Source: Eledone cirrhosa (taxonomy: Eukaryota). Taken from it: 64,000 bases of DNA. The stretch covers positions 311,302,001 through 311,366,000 of the forward strand of contig OZ024742.1 in the NCBI GenBank assembly GCA_964016885.1, in the 5' to 3' direction. Position 1 is the stretch's first letter; each line of letters starts with the position of its first letter. A program made the position numbers and the translations under genes. Positions 12,855-24,314 of this stretch are shown here, in pieces. The notes below the pieces were generated by a model. That model saw nothing but the letters and a program-made list of their open reading frames with translations, ran no database searches and had not been told where the DNA came from.

Positions 12855-13250
12855 ATAATAATTGTTTCGACTTTTTGGCACAAGGCCAGCAAATTACCCA
12901 GTGCATTACTGGTACTTTATTTTATCGACCCCGTAAGGATGAAAGGCAAAGTTAATCTCGGCGGGATTTGAACTCAGAATGGCAATGGCCGTAACTCTAT
13001 GCTACAAAGCATGGCGTCCGACCCTCTACCGATACTGCCAATCCACCGCCATTGGTTATAATAATTGTTTCTACTTTTGGCACAAGGTCAGCAATTATCC
13101 TAGTGTATTACTGGTACTTTATTTTATCGACCCCGTAAGGATGAAAGGCAAAGTTAACATCGGCGGGATTTGAACTCAGACCATAAAGGGGCGTAACTCT
13201 TTGCTGCAAAGCATGGCGTCCGACCCTCTGCGATATTGCCAATCCACTGT
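12855..13250 (-). mobile_element. Two full-length tRNA-derived SINEs in tandem
   Basis: Same module as 5521-5706, present twice. Confidence 0.85.
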
Positions 13251-16200
13251 GGTACATAGGTACCCTCCATGCAGCCCCTTTCGCTCTCGTTTTCTGGCAC
13301 CTCCATATATATAGGTGAGCTATGCGGCCCTCTTACCACCACTTTCCCTTCCACCCACACACGCCAGCCAACCACCCCGGTCCCCGGCCCCACGCCCCAT
13401 CCCCCACTCCTCCAAATCGACACTTGCAGCACTTGCGGCACCACTAACAAACGGAAGAGGGGCTGGAACCGTTTGGGGTGCGGGTGCTTCCACCACCTCA
13501 CCTGCGTTGGCTTGACTCGTCGAGCTTCCAATGCCTCGCAGCGTGGAGGTGCAGGAGCTGCCTCTTCCCCATGTCTTCCCAGCCACGGCCATCTGGCACA
13601 CCACCAGATGGGACAGCGAGCTTGCCAGACGCCCGAGCCTCGCTGGTCAACATAGCTCGGCTCAGGCGGCTCCGGAAGATCCCACTCAGGATCCCGAGAG
13701 CGGCACAGGTGCCAGTAGCTGATGCCCTCGCTTCCTCGATTGAGAGCACCCTGGACTCCAATCAAGCCAGTGACTGGGAGCGGCTGTTCTATTTCGCCCC
13801 ACTTGCCCTCAACCTCCCCAGCTCTGGCGCTGATCGGGGTGGCCGGTCAACAGCAGCCTTCGTCAAGGCCAATGTCTCGTCATTTGGGCGAGCGCCCATT
13901 CCAAGCATGCCCAGGGACGCCACACACCACACCCCCAGGTACCCCTATCCTCCACCCCCGAGGCCAGCGCCAAGCGTTGCGTGACCAGGTAAACGCAAAG
14001 CTTATCATGGGTGATGTCTCGGTCGCAGTCAGAGTTGTTGCCTCAGAGGACGCTGTCCTCCAACCCACCGAGGAGGTCCTGGCTGCTCTGCGGCTCAAAC
14101 ACCCTGAGACACCGACTGATCTCAGACCCATACCCCACCTAACCCCACTTGCTCCTTGTGGCTACTGATGCAGATATCATGTCCGCCATCAGGTCCTTCT
14201 CAGCTAGCAGCTGCGGAGGTGTTGATGGTCTCCGACCAGGCCACCTCAAGGAGTTGACATCCCCCCTCTCTGCTGAGGCCGGGTGCTGCCTTCTGAGTGC
14301 AATTGTGGTGCTCACCAATAGGCTCATTCATGGTGCCCTCAACCCTTATGCCCGAGGCCTCTTTTTTTCGGCCAGCCTCACCGCTCTCAGGAAGAAAGAG
14401 GGTGGCATACGCCCCATTGCTGTTGGCAATGTCTTCCGGAGGCTGGCTGCCAAGGTGATCTGCAAGTCCCTCACACACGAACTGGGTGAGGAGTTTAGTT
14501 CGGTGCAACTGGGTGTTGGCGTGTCTGGTGGCTGTGAGGGGGCCGCTCATGCAACCAGGCAGTTCTTCAGCAGCTACACATCGGTACCGGCATCCAGGGA
14601 CTCCAGGCACCTCATTGTCAAGTTTGACAATAGGAATGCCTTCACCTCTTTACGCCGGGATCATCTTCTCGAGGCCTGCCTCAGCCGAGCCCCCTCTGCC
14701 TACCGGCTGGGCTACCTGTCATATGGAGCCCCGAGCATGCTCCTAGCTGCTGATATGGTCATACCCTCGGCTACTGGGGTCCAACAGGGCGACCCTTTGG
14801 TACCCCTCCTGTTCGCCCTTGGTATTGATAACATCGCCCGGAGTATCACGGCCCCTCTCAACGTTTGGTATCTGGATGATGCTACGTTGGGCGGGCCCGT
14901 GCGGATGGTCTGCCATGACCTTCAATCGGTGGTTCCTGCCCTGGTGGGAATTGGCCTCCAGGTCAACTCAGCCAAGTTGGAGTTGGTGAATGTCAGCCTC
15001 GGTGCTGCGAGCTTTGCAGCCTCCGTCTTGAACGTATGGTCCATTCTCCGCCAGGTTCAGGTGACCCCTAAAGAGGATGTCCTCATCCTCGGGTCACCGA
15101 TCCACCCGCCGGCCATCCGCTCCACCATCAGGTCCAGGTTTCAACAGCACCAGACTCTCACGAGCCGACTGGGCTTGATTGACGGCCACCCAGCTCTCTT
15201 TCTGCTGAGGAACTGCTTCGCCATGCTGAAGCTCCTCTATACACTCCGCAGCGCTCAATGCTACATCCAGACATCTCTCCTCACTGACCTCGATACTTGT
15301 ATCCGAGCAGCAGCCGAGGGGATATGCAACGTCTAGTTTGACGACATAGGGTGGCAACAGGCCACTTTACCGCTCAGGTATGGCGGTCTTGGCCTCTGGT
15401 CCCCGATCTCACTAGCTTTGCCGGCGTATCTTTCGTCGGTAACCTCGTGCTGCGTCCTCATCAGCAGGGTTCTTCAAAACACAACAGAACCCTCTGTGTT
15501 CAGAGAATGTGAGGCCACCTGTGATACGTGGGACCAGCTGGGACTTAACCCAGTAGACGTCCCTCCGCCTTCTTCCCCTGTTGATGTCAAGTCCCCCCAA
15601 CGCACTTGGGATGCCATCCAGTGCAGCCTGGCCTCAGACAGGCTCATGCGCCAGCTCGACCAGCACAGCCTTGCTTGTTTTCGTGTGGCCTCCAAACCCC
15701 ACAGTGGTGCCTGGCTCCATGCCCTGCCCTCCTTCTCTACTGGCATGCAGCTAGACAACCATAGCCTGCAAATCGGCGTTACTCTGAGGCTTGGCCTCCG
15801 GATCTGCCAGCCACACCAATGTCACTGCGGTTCCACCATGGACTCTTTCGGCCTCCACCCGCTTTCCTGTCGCCACAGTGCCGGCCGCATTCCACGCCAT
15901 GCTGCCCTCAACAAGGTCATAAAGCATGGCTTGGATGCTGCAGGCTTCCCTTACCAGCTCGAGCCAGTGGAGCTGGATCGAGGGGACGGCAAAAGGCCAG
16001 TTGGCATGACCATCTTCTCATTCCGCAGTGGCAAACCCCTTGTCTGGGATGTCACTTGCACCAACACTTTCTGCAGCCGCAACCTGGTGCAGTCTGCGAC
16101 TGACCCAGGTTCTGCTGCACGTCGGGCTGAGGGGGCCAAACTCCTCAAATACCGGTTGCTCTCCGACAGGTTTGCGGTCGTACCCCTGGCAGTGGAGACT

Positions 16201-16417
16201 TCTGGTGTCCTCGGCCCCAGGGCTACCTCCTTACTCACCACCATAGGTGCGGAGCTGGCCAGCCGCAGGTGTGAGCTCCGCGAATTGGAGTGGCTTTTCC
16301 AGTGCATCTCACTTGCCGTCTGCCGGGGAAACGCCTTCTCCATTCTGTCCGCCGGGGCTGTGGGTGGGCCCCATCGTGTACCAATACATTAGTTAAATAC
16401 CATTCTTTCATCTGATA
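13251..16417 (+). mobile_element. Near full-length CRE-clade non-LTR retrotransposon (Cys/His finger, RT, Zn knuckle, REL endonuclease), disrupted
   Basis: RT motifs GGIRPIAVGNVFRRL, GVQQGDPLVPLLF and WYLDD; CHC...HPLSC knuckle; RGDGKRPVG..LVWDVTC endonuclease with the catalytic D changed to V; frameshifts near 13520, 13975 and 14150 and a stop at 15334. Confidence 0.9.
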
Positions 16418-16587
16418 TATCTCTAAATTATATTTTAGTACAACTGTATATTGTGGTTAACTTATTACTATTTATTTTATTCTTATTTTATTTACAGCCT
16501 ACCTTCGTCTTAGGTACATAGCTTACTATGTAAATCATAAACAACGTCAGTAGTTTCTGCCTGCTTTCGTAGTCGCTAAACAGGTCA

Positions 16588-16724
<137 letters not shown>

Positions 16725-16830
16725 GGGTCTCCCCAAAAATGTATACATACGTTGATTAGAATACTGTTAAAGTATATATATATATACATTTTTTAGGGAC
16801 ATCATATATATATATATAGATAATTTAATA

Positions 16831-17514
16831 AGTTGGATTACGTAACTGTCTTTATCCCATTGCAGAAACTAATTAGTTGGAGTGAAAATTTAAGTAAGTA
16901 AAAAAATTAAAAAAAAATTTTTTTTTAAAAATATTTTCTTATTTTACGTCCTTTATATTATTGTTCTGCATTCTCCTGCATTGAACCACCTAGGTACTAT
17001 GACATAACCTGTGTATTTGCTAGCATGGGCGTGCATCTGTGCGCTTATGTTAGTTGATATATTAAATTATCTATATTTATCTCCAAATCACTGATTTGTC
17101 GAGCAAACTTGCCAAAACCACTTCTAAAAAAATTTTTTTTGGGTGTTAGTAGGCGTCAGTCATCTTACCATCCCATTCCTTCTAACTAGCCTCTGTGTCA
17201 CGTGATTGATTCTTTAGAATCGGCCATTTGACTTGAAGCAGTGAGAATTTCGGTACATAGAATCCAGTCCTCGCAAGCTGTTCGATCTACCGAATTATTA
17301 TTATTTTTATATGAGCCGCCAGTGTCCGCGCATTGCCTGGAGACTTAACTGAGAATAGACTCCCTGATCACGCAATGAATTCTCGACAGTTGGATTACGT
17401 AACTGTCTTTATCCCATTGCAGAAACTAATTAGTTGGAGTGAAAATTTAAGTAAGTAAAAAAATTAAAAAAAATTTTTTTTTTAAAATATTTTCTTATTT
17501 TACGTCCTTTATAT
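16831..17514 (+). mobile_element. 557-bp-period partial tandem repeat (about 1.2 units), retrozyme/Penelope-like
   Basis: 16831-16958 is repeated at 17388-17514; TA tracts lie on both sides; contains a hammerhead-like fold. Confidence 0.65.
17359..17440 (+). ncRNA. Hammerhead-like ribozyme variant with extended stem II and a G8C core change
   Basis: actcc-CTGATCA-c-gcaatg..gacagtt/aactgtc..cattgc-a-GAAA-ctaattag-TT-ggagt; all three stems pair. Confidence 0.6.
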
Positions 17515-17825
17515 ATATATATATATATATATAAAAACAAATAACGAAACGAAATTAAATTTTGTTTCGTTTGTAACTCACTTTTGTATGACTGACGCTT
17601 AAACAATTAAGTTAAGAATGTACATCCACATATGTATACTGAAATACTAGTATGCATATGAATACACACACGTGTACATATGTAGATGTACCGAGTTTTT
17701 CACTGGTCACTTTACTGTGAGTGTCCAGCTATTCTGTATGTAAACACACAGACAAACCGGTTTTTAGAGTCATACTGGTTTTTGAGGAAACACCTTTCCT
17801 CTATTCTCCAGAAAGCCAGACAAGG

Positions 17826-17870
17826 AATATTGGACTAGTTTCGATGTTGTTACATCTCATCAGCAATATT
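17826..17870 (-). ncRNA. Type I hammerhead ribozyme, unit 1
   Basis: aatattg-CTGATGA-gatgt-aaca-acatc-GAAA-ctag-TC-caatatt. Confidence 0.9.
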
Positions 17871-18291
17871 TACCCATCTTCCGGCCTTTCTAGAGAATCG
17901 TAAAAGCACATATCGTTATATGCTTTTTCTATGAAAATTAGTAGTGGGCAGACTAATTTGCATAGAGCGTGAGTACGTACCGGTTCAACGGAGACGATAA
18001 AAACAAATAACGAAACGAAATTAAATTTTGTTTCGTTTGTAACTCACTTTTGTATGACTGACGCTTAAACAATTAAGTTAAGAATGTACATCCACATATG
18101 TATACTGAAATACTAGTATGCATATGAATACACACACGTGTACATATGTAGATGTACCGAGTTTTTCACTGGTCACTTTACTGTGAGTGTCCAGCTATTC
18201 TGTATGTAAACACACAGACAAACCGGTTTTTAGAGTCATACTGGTTTTTGAGGAAACACCTTTCCTCTATTCTCCAGAAAGCCAGACAAGG

Positions 18292-18336
18292 AATATTGGA
18301 CTAGTTTCGATGTTGTTACATCTCATCAGCAATATT
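18292..18336 (-). ncRNA. Type I hammerhead ribozyme, unit 2
   Basis: Identical to the unit 1 motif, 466 bp further along. Confidence 0.9.
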
Positions 18337-18757
18337 TACCCATCTTCCGGCCTTTCTAGAGAATCGTAAAAGCACATATCGTTATATGCTTTTTCTATGA
18401 AAATTAGTAGTGGGCAGACTAATTTGCATAGAGCGTGAGTACGTACCGGTTCAACGGAGACGATAAAAACAAATAACGAAACGAAATTAAATTTTGTTTC
18501 GTTTGTAACTCACTTTTGTATGACTGACGCTTAAACAATTAAGTTAAGAATGTACATCCACATATGTATACTGAAATACTAGTATGCATATGAATACACA
18601 CACGTGTACATATGTAGATGTACCGAGTTTTTCACTGGTCACTTTACTGTGAGTGTCCAGCTATTCTGTATGTAAACACACAGACAAACCGGTTTTTAGA
18701 GTCATACTGGTTTTTGAGGAAACACCTTTCCTCTATTCTCCAGAAAGCCAGACAAGG

Positions 18758-18802
18758 AATATTGGACTAGTTTCGATGTTGTTACATCTCATCAGCAATA
18801 TT
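18758..18802 (-). ncRNA. Type I hammerhead ribozyme, unit 3
   Basis: Identical motif; the array is truncated 6 nt upstream of stem I. Confidence 0.9.
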
Positions 18803-19076
18803 TACCCACGTGTGTGTATTCATATGCATACTAGTATTTCAGTATACATATGTGGATGTACATTCTTAACTTAATTGTTTAAGCGTCAGTCATACAAAAG
18901 TGAGTTACAAACGAAACAAAATTTAATTTCGTTTCGTTATTTGTTTTTATCGTCTCCGTTGAACCGGTACGTACTCACGCTCTATGCAAATTAGTCTGCC
19001 CACTACTAATTTTCATAGAAAAAGCATATAACGATATGTGCTTTTACGATTCTCTAGAAAGGCCGGAAGATGGGTA

Positions 19077-19121
19077 AATATTGCTGATGAGATGTAACAA
19101 CATCGAAACTAGTCCAATATT
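19077..19121 (+). ncRNA. Type I hammerhead ribozyme in the inverted unit
   Basis: Identical motif on +; extended stem I spans 19049-19144. Confidence 0.9.
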
Positions 19122-19345
19122 CCTTGTCTGGCTTTCTGGAGAATAGAGGAAAGGTGTTTCCTCAAAAACCAGTATGACTCTAAAAACCGGTTTGTCTGTG
19201 TGTTTACATACAGAATAGCTGGACACTCACAGTAAAGTGACCAGTGAAAAACTCGGTACATCTACATATGTACACGTGTGTGTATTCATATGCATACTAG
19301 TATTTCAGTATACATATGTGGATGTACATTCTTAACTTAATTGTT

Positions 19346-19415
<70 letters not shown>

Positions 19416-19478
19416 TAAGATCAAAAGATGGTTAAAAGAGTTATATATATATATTGTGCTACAATAAAACTCACCTGC

Positions 19479-19511
<33 letters not shown>

Positions 19512-19513
<2 letters not shown>

Positions 19514-19927
19514 GAGAAGACCCGCCTTGCCAAACTACAAAGTAAACCTACTACAGTCAGTAGGCATCTCTAACAAAATACGCCCCCGTCACACCACCCC
19601 CACCCCATCCACACCGCCCCTTCCAATGTAAAGTTAAGTTGGTGCCACAACATCCAGGCCGAAACAAATGAGATCGTGTAGGTGTCACGACAATAAAACA
19701 CACAGTCCACGCTGTAATGTGGCCGTGTAGGCAACACGGTAAAAACCTCCCAGTCCCACACTGTAAATGTGGTTGGTGTTAGGAAGGGCATCCAGCTGTA
19801 GAAAACCCGCCAGACAGTCCTATGCGAGCAAGACAATCACTCTTGCCTCAAGTGGGAAAACTCCCATCCAAACCCATGCAAGCGTGGAAGATGGACGTTA
19901 AACGATGATGATGATGATGATGATGAT
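19512..19927 (+). mobile_element. RTE LINE 3' UTR fragment
   Basis: Ends in ggacgttaaac(gat)n; matches 44165-44713. Confidence 0.85.
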
Positions 19928-19994
19928 TACACGCATATTGTAAATGGACTGTTTTACCGACTACGAAATCTCATGGAAACTACCTAAGACATTG

Positions 19995-20182
19995 TTTATT
20001 ATTATCGGTAGAGCGTTGAACAACATGCTTTGCGATATATTGTTACGGCCCTTTACGTTCTGAGTTCAAATCCAGTTGAGCTAAGTTTTACCTTTCATCC
20101 TTACAGGGACGATAAAATAAAGTACCAGTAACACACTGGGGTCAATTTAATCAACTTTCCCCCTCCTCTGAAATTGTTGACC
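19995..20182 (+). mobile_element. tRNA-derived SINE
   Basis: gagttcaaatcc B-box plus the shared core. Confidence 0.75.
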
Positions 20183-20953
20183 CGGGAAAGGTGGGTTATT
20201 CGCAGTTCCCAGAGTGCGCCTGAAAATGCTAGCGATCCTGCATGCCCATACTGGATTTTCAATAGCAACCTTTGCTAGGTGTTTTTATGACAGATCAATT
20301 TTTGGGGTGGAACTTTCAATAGCTGCTTAAGTCATAAGTCCTTCTTCATCCAGCTTTCTTCATTCAGAGTGAATAAGCCGGGGAAGTTTGACCTCAAAGA
20401 GTATCAAACTTATTCAAGAAACTATCTATAAGAATAGCAAACTTACTGCCTTAGCGCTCAAGAACAAACAGAACAATTGAGGAAGTCATCGCAATTATTG
20501 CAGAAATTATAACCGAGTGAACATATTCAGGTACTGTTCAAGCACCTTGTATATCACCGTTTGTAAAGCCCTTCGAATGACTGAAGCAATTCAATAAAAC
20601 CATCCCGTTTTCCCCCATAGTAGACATAAGCTGAGAAAACACACCATAATAAGTCGGATAATCAATCAGAAGTGTTGGCCCTAACATTCACTGTTGCAAA
20701 GTGTCAATAATGGGGTAGAAGTTACATTTTCTTAATTTGTGTTAATCTTCCCACGATCCGACACCTCGAAATATCGACAAAATAAACGCTATTCTCAAAG
20801 ACGGCATGTTACAATTAACATGCCGGGAGTACGAATGTTCGTCAACATACGATTTGGGTTTTATTCTTTGGACTAATCTCATGGTAAGCCAACTTCCAGG
20901 TCATTGATCATCACACTTTTTTCTAACTTATCGATTCCTGCAGTTGACCTTAA

Positions 20954-21170
20954 CCCTTTAGCATTCAAACCGGCCATATCCGGCCAGAATTCTATCACAT
21001 CTTCTGTTCAAACTGGTTATAACTGGCCACTCATACCAACGTTAAAGTATTGTTCTTAAATAAATAATCAAAATCTCATAAATTTGATATTATGTGAGAT
21101 AATTATGTAAGATAAAGCCTTTACTGTGAAAATACAATAGTATATATAGAATAATGCAAATGCTAAAGGG
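20954..21170. mobile_element. piggyBac-like MITE
   Basis: TTAA-CCCTTTAGCATT...AATGCTAAAGGG-TTAA. Confidence 0.85.
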
Positions 21171-21219
21171 TTAATGTGACCTAAGCGTGTGCACGTGTTC
21201 AGAATCCATATCAGTGGAT

Positions 21220-21263
<44 letters not shown>

Positions 21264-21313
21264 CTATAAGGATAAGGAACAAGGATTCAGTGTTGCATCA
21301 TAACATATTTAAT

Positions 21314-21407
21314 AACATGTTACATATGTTTCACTATCGATCAGCTCGAGGCAAGACCTATCATAGATCGAACCTGAATCTGTAATCGAAAGGTCATCAG
21401 ATATGCT
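21314..21407 (-). ncRNA. Hammerhead-like ribozyme with a long rod-like stem II, in a ~270-bp segment between TA tracts
   Basis: agcatat-CTGATGA-c-ctttcgat...atcgatag-t-GAAA-catatg-TA-acatgtt; one mismatch in stem I. Confidence 0.55.
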
Positions 21408-21526
21408 TAGTATATGAATTCGTCTCCGATTCTGTGTGTTCAAATCTTCAGCTATTAGCTATCTGCAGCACATATTAGCATCATGTTATTCTAAGCCTGT
21501 TCATTGGTTCAATTATCCTATCATCA

Positions 21527-21560
<34 letters not shown>

Positions 21561-21968
21561 GACATCTGTTCAGTCTGCTTTGTTTGAAATTTTTTAATGT
21601 ATATTTCTAATAAGTTGTTGCCTCGTTTTGGAGGACTGAGTTGTGGGAGGAGGAAGGGGAGTAGTGGGAGGGAGGCTTTAACGTAGAGTGGTGGTATCTT
21701 CTCTTTCCCTCTCTCACTGAAATGTTTCTTTCCTCCTCCATTGTAAAGATGTCCCCAGTGGTTCCATTGTTAGTCAGTCCTGTTTCTGAATATTAGCTTA
21801 ACATGTCTGTAAAGTTTCATCAGGATCGGATCACTGGTTTAGACGCCAACTGGTTACACACAGATACACAGACAGAAATTGCCATTTATATAGTTGATAG
21901 ACACATCTATATATGGATGATGGAGCTTGAGCAAGATTTTACGCCATTTTTATTTTTCCTTTATATAT

Positions 21969-22153
21969 GGTGAAGACAGTTTAGTTTATTCTTCTAACAC
22001 ATAATACAAGAATAAACAAAATATATCATCATCAACATCATCATTGTTTAACGTCTAGCATGGAAGATAGATGTTAAACGATGATGATGATGATGATATA
22101 TTTTGCTTATTCTTGTATTATGTGTTAGAAGAATAAACTAAACTGTCTTCACC
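21969..22153. repeat. ~185-bp palindrome centred on two opposed RTE tails
   Basis: ggtgaagacagtttagtttattcttctaacacataatacaagaataa is mirrored exactly. Confidence 0.9.
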
Positions 22154-22289
22154 TTTTCATCCATTCTATATAACTCCCTAAAGACCCTCTTCCTGCTATA
22201 TCAAGCGTTAACCTAATATATCCCTTCCATATACTGTACCGATTGTGTTGTTATACCTTTTACATGCATATATATATATATATATATAT

Positions 22290-24314
22290 GCATGTAACAC
22301 AAACTTCAAAAAACCCGACAATCACCTGATCACCTATAGATCAGGGGAGCATTCTAGTCAGATAGATTTTATCCTCATCAGAGGACGTGACAGATGGACA
22401 GTCACAAACACAAAAGCCTTCCCTAGTGAGGAATGTACCTCCCAACATAGCTTAGTTGTCAGCGACCTCACGGTCAGAACTAGATGAACCTGGAAGCAGA
22501 GGCCAGTAACAGATTTAAAGATATTTTACTCAATGCCTACGACAGTAAAGAAGAACAGATAGAGACATTCAATGTAGAAGAGCACTGGGAGTTCCTAAAA
22601 AATATCTTACTAGAGGAGACGTATGAGATCTGTGGCTGGAGTAAGACCACAAGCAGGAGGAGAGTGACTTGGTGGTGGAACAATAAGGTAGATGAGGCAG
22701 TTAAGGCCAAGAGACAAGCATGGAAAGAATGGAAGAATGGGGGAAGCAGGGTACATTACATAGAGACCAAGAGGGAAGCTAGGTGACAAGTATACTTAGC
22801 TAGGAGGGAAGCAGAGGATAGAAAATTCAAGCATGTTTTGCAACGTGAGGACCAGAAACAGGAGGTGTTCAAGATTGCGAGGCAGTGTGTCAGAGAGAAT
22901 TGTGATGTCATTGGAGAGAAGTGTATCCGGAAAGATAAAGGTGAGTTTGCCCTCACAAGTGCTGAGAAGAAAGATGCATGGAAGAGCCATTATGATAGAT
23001 TACTAAACGAGGAGAATGCATGGGACGAAGAGACCCTACCCCAAGTAGACCCTACAGAGGGGCCAGCAGTACAGGTCAGCAGCAGCGTAGTAAGTAAGGC
23101 AATCAAAGATATGAAGATGGGGAAGGCAACCGGTCCATCGGGTATAGCTGCCGAGATGCTGAAGGCATCTAGGTCTGTAGGTCACACTATAACCACACGT
23201 ATTGTTAACCAGGTAATACTAGAAGGTGTCATACAAAAGGATTGGTGCAGTAGCATCATTGTCAACTGCTACAAAGGTAAAGGTGATGCACTAGATAGAG
23301 GACACTATAGAGGTATAAAGCTGATGGACCAGGTCTTGAAAGTAACAGAAAGAGTTATAGCACAGTTGATTAGGGACCGGGTGAAACTAGATGAGATGCA
23401 ATTTGGGTTTGTACCAGGAAGAGGCACCACTGATGCCCTCTTCTTTGTGAGGCAGTTACAGGAAAAGTACCTAGCTAAAAGTAAGCCACTCTACTTGGCA
23501 TTCGTCGATCTCGAGAAAGCCTTTGACAGAGTTCCACGTGCTGTAATCTGGTGGGCTCTTAGAAAACTAGGAGTAGGTGAATGGCTTGTGAAAGCTGTAC
23601 AAGCCATGTATAGGGGAGCAGTCAGCAAATTAGGATTAGCAATGAGTATAGCGAGGAATTTAGCATACAGGTTGGTGTCCACCAGGGCTCTGTTCTTAGC
23701 CCTCCCCTGTTCATCATAGTCCTGCAGGCAATAACGGAGGAGTTTAAGACCGGACACCCATGGGAACTCCTGTATGCAGATGACCTTGCACTTATAGCTG
23801 AATCTATGGTAGAACTAGAGAAGAAATTCCAAACTTGGAAGCAGGGACTAGAAAGAAAGGGTCTCAAAGTCAACATGACAAAGACTAAGGTCCTTGTAAG
23901 TAGACGAGAAAACAGAACCCAGATCCCCTCAGGGAAATGGCCTTGCTCAGTATGTAGGAAAGGTATAGGTAGGAACTCCATTCTCTGCCCCAAATGCAAA
24001 CAATGGGTACACAAGAGATGTAGCGGGATCTCAGGAAGCTTAATTAAGAATGTAGGCTGTGCTAGGACAGCAAGCAGCAAACAGCCACAGGAAACAAGTA
24101 CCTCCAATCTCGGCGCCACAGAAAAAAGCACCCAGCACTCACTGTAAATGAGGTTGGTGTTGGGAAGGGCATCCAGCTGTAGAAACCAAGCCAAAATCAG
24201 TTCCTGTATGAGCAAGGCATGGTCAGCCGACCAGACACTGCCCACAACAGGACAACCCGTCTAACCCATGCTAGCATGGAAGAACGGACGTAAAATGGTG
24301 ATGATGATGATGAT
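22290..24314 (+). mobile_element. RTE-clade LINE, 5'-truncated and disrupted
   Basis: End of APE (SQIDFIL..QHSLVV); RT (QFGFVPGRGTTDA, FVDLEKAFD, LYADD); CSVC..CPKC..HKRC finger; (GAT)n tail. Confidence 0.92.

Larger units (their letters stand above)
17531..19347. mobile_element. 466-bp tandem retrozyme-like array (about 2.7 units, - sense) joined head-to-head to about 1.2 inverted units (+ sense)
   Basis: Identical ORF-track hits at 17721, 18187 and 18653 give period 466; inversion at 18807-18808; (TA)n on both flanks; one hammerhead per unit. Confidence 0.85.

Noticed and set aside
12385-12971. C/V/Y/M-rich ORFs
   Set aside because: TG/TA low-complexity DNA
17721-17903. 60-aa ORF repeated four times
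   Set aside because: GTG start, no recognisable domain, antisense to the ribozyme; it only reports the repeat period
20185-20945. Possible decayed Penelope RT on the - strand (YVD-like motif near 20845)
   Set aside because: Too degenerate to support without a translated HMM search
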